The position numbers and the translations under genes were made by a program. The notes beneath the pieces are model-generated. The model did no database searches and was not told where the DNA came from. It worked only from the letters and a program-made list of their open reading frames with translations. DNA of 32,000 bases, taken from positions 1 to 32,000 of the forward strand of contig PWMT01000168.1 in assembly GCA_003558085.1 (NCBI GenBank), given 5' to 3'. This DNA comes from Methanobacteriaceae archaeon (GTDB lineage: Archaea; Methanobacteriota; Methanobacteria; Methanobacteriales; Methanobacteriaceae). Below are positions 30,749 to 32,000 of the stretch, piece by piece; the first letter of the stretch is position 1; the number at the start of each line of letters is the position of its first letter.

Positions 30749-31672
30749 ATGGCTTGGGATGAAAATGGAAAAATCTGGTTTAATGGAGAGCTAATTGATT
30801 GGAAACATGCCCACATACACGTTCTATCTCATGTAATTCATTATGGTTCTAGTGTATTTGAAGGAATAAGATGCTATAAAAATAAACAAGGATCTGCAAT
30901 TTTTCGTTTGAAGGAACACGTGACCAGATTATTTGATTCTGCTCGAATATATCGCATGGAAATTCCTTATACTGAAAATGAAATATCTCAAGCCATTGTG
31001 GATACCATTAAAAGTAATGGTTTAGAGGAATGTTATATTAGGCCGATTGTATTTAGAGGAACCGGTGAATTAGGAGTTAATCCCTTAAATAGTCCCTTAG
31101 AAGTGGTAATTGCCGTATGGGAATGGGGAAGTTATCTAGGTCAGGAAGCTTTAGAAAAAGGAGTAGATGTGGGTGTTTCCACTTGGAGACGTATGGCTCC
31201 TGATACATTACCTAATATGGCTAAGGCTGGGGCAAATTACATGAATTCTCAGTTGGTAAAAATAGAAGCCTTGGAAAATGGTTATGATGAAGGAATACTG
31301 CTTGATTATCACGGAATGATTAGTGAAGGTAGCGGGGAAAATATTTTTCTAATTAAAGAGGATATTATATACACTCCTCCTATGGCAGCCTCTCTTTTAA
31401 AAGGCATTACCAGAGACTCTGTTATACATCTGGCTAAAGAAATGGATCTTGAAATTAGAGAAGAGCAACTGCCTAGAGAAATGCTTTATTTAGTCGATGA
31501 GATTTTTTTAACTGGGACTGCTGCAGAAATAAGCCCAATAAGATCTGTGGATAAAATAAAAGTAGGATCCGGTGAGAGAGGCCCTATAACTAAGAAACTC
31601 CAGAAAGAATTTTTCAGTATACTAGAAGCAAAAACAGAAGATCGATTCAACTGGTTATATTACTTGGACTAA
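30749..31672 (+). CDS. ilvE: Branched-chain amino acid aminotransferase (fold type IV)
   Basis: The product has VFEGIRCY, the PLP-Lys region [22 protein letters not shown], and LKGITRDSV…TGTAAEI. Confidence 0.9.
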   Translation: MAWDENGKIWFNGELIDWKHAHIHVLSHVIHYGSSVFEGIRCYKNKQGSAIFRLKEHVTRLFDSARIYRMEIPYTENEISQAIVDTIKSNGLEECYIRPIVFRGTGELGVNPLNSPLEVVIAVWEWGSYLGQEALEKGVDVGVSTWRRMAPDTLPNMAKAGANYMNSQLVKIEALENGYDEGILLDYHGMISEGSGENIFLIKEDIIYTPPMAASLLKGITRDSVIHLAKEMDLEIREEQLPREMLYLVDEIFLTGTAAEISPIRSVDKIKVGSGERGPITKKLQKEFFSILEAKTEDRFNWLYYLD

Positions 31673-31681
31673 TTATGCTAA

Positions 31682-31709
31682 GTTATAAGTTATCACTTAT
31701 AACTTATAA
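31682..31709. repeat. Second copy of the GTTATAAGT-N4-ACTTATAAC palindromic element
   Basis: GTTATAAGT-tatc-ACTTATAAC-TTATAA matches 10012-10039 at 26 of 28 positions. Only two spacer bases differ. Its right half plus spacer is the reverse complement of the TTATAAGTGATA core of the tandem repeats at 9964 and 9992. It lies 10 nt after the ilvE stop and about 95 nt upstream of uppP. Confidence 0.7.
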
Positions 31710-31803
31710 TTAGAAATTTTTAAATGTAAGAATAATTTACTTAGCTATTTATCTAATCTAAGGATAATAATTATAAATTTTTCAGTGTATTAACGGTGAT
31801 CTA

Positions 31804-32000
31804 ATGGATATTATACAGGCCATAATTATTGGATTAGTGCAAGGATTTACAGAATTTCTTCCAATTAGCAGCACAGCACAATTAGTATTCGTAACACAGG
31901 CTTTAGGAGCACAAGAGTCTCTTGCTTTTGATACTTTACTACACCTGGCCACATTGGTGGCGGTGGTTAGTTATTTCTGGAAAGACTTAGTACATATGGT
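31804..32000 (+). CDS. uppP: Undecaprenyl-diphosphatase (UppP/BacA), 3' end outside the window
   Basis: The product MDIIQAIIIGLVQGFTEFLPISSTAQL…LHLATLVAV carries the UppP signature (E/Q)xxxE-PISS. GGTGA lies 5 nt upstream of the ATG. The ORF runs off the right edge. Confidence 0.85.
   Translation, partial: MDIIQAIIIGLVQGFTEFLPISSTAQLVFVTQALGAQESLAFDTLLHLATLVAVVSYFWKDLVHM

Overview
This is an AT-rich, densely coding archaeal chromosome segment. It looks like a Methanobacteriales (Methanobacterium-like) methanogen. Diagnostic genes are F420-dependent methylene-H4MPT dehydrogenase (mtd), a CdhA-type CO dehydrogenase, a CbiA/CfbB-family amidase, a methanogenesis-marker-12-like protein, an archaeal-type ThrRS, a Sec11-type signal peptidase and an Sm-like protein. 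I support about 30 protein genes, one tRNA-Val(UAC) and one degenerate tRNA-like copy. Most of the window is conserved housekeeping: ilvD, ilvB-ilvN-ilvC, ilvE, argS, argF, purD, thrS, surE and uppP. I saw no CRISPR array, IS element, transposase, integrase, rRNA or recognisable defence island, so I cannot honestly point to a clear novel multi-gene system. Six items deserve a second look. (1) A ParA-type ATPase is translationally coupled to a 126-aa ORF that combines a ParB-like N-terminal LGxGLDAL peptide with a probable ribbon-helix-helix C-terminus. A dense TTATAAGT repeat array sits just upstream, and a near-identical 28-bp palindromic element recurs 21.6 kb away. (2) An in-frame TGA replaces a conserved Gly codon in ilvB. 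(3) A degenerate tRNA-like sequence lies 216 bp from tRNA-Val. (4) An Mrr-type nuclease domain is fused to three transmembrane helices. (5) A stand-alone C39-like cysteine peptidase sits in a string with a glycosyltransferase-like gene, a polymerase-like membrane gene and the CbiA/CfbB gene. (6) A CdhA-type CODH is followed by a CooF-like ferredoxin rather than by ACS subunits. All functional calls come from reading motifs in the supplied translations; no database search was run.
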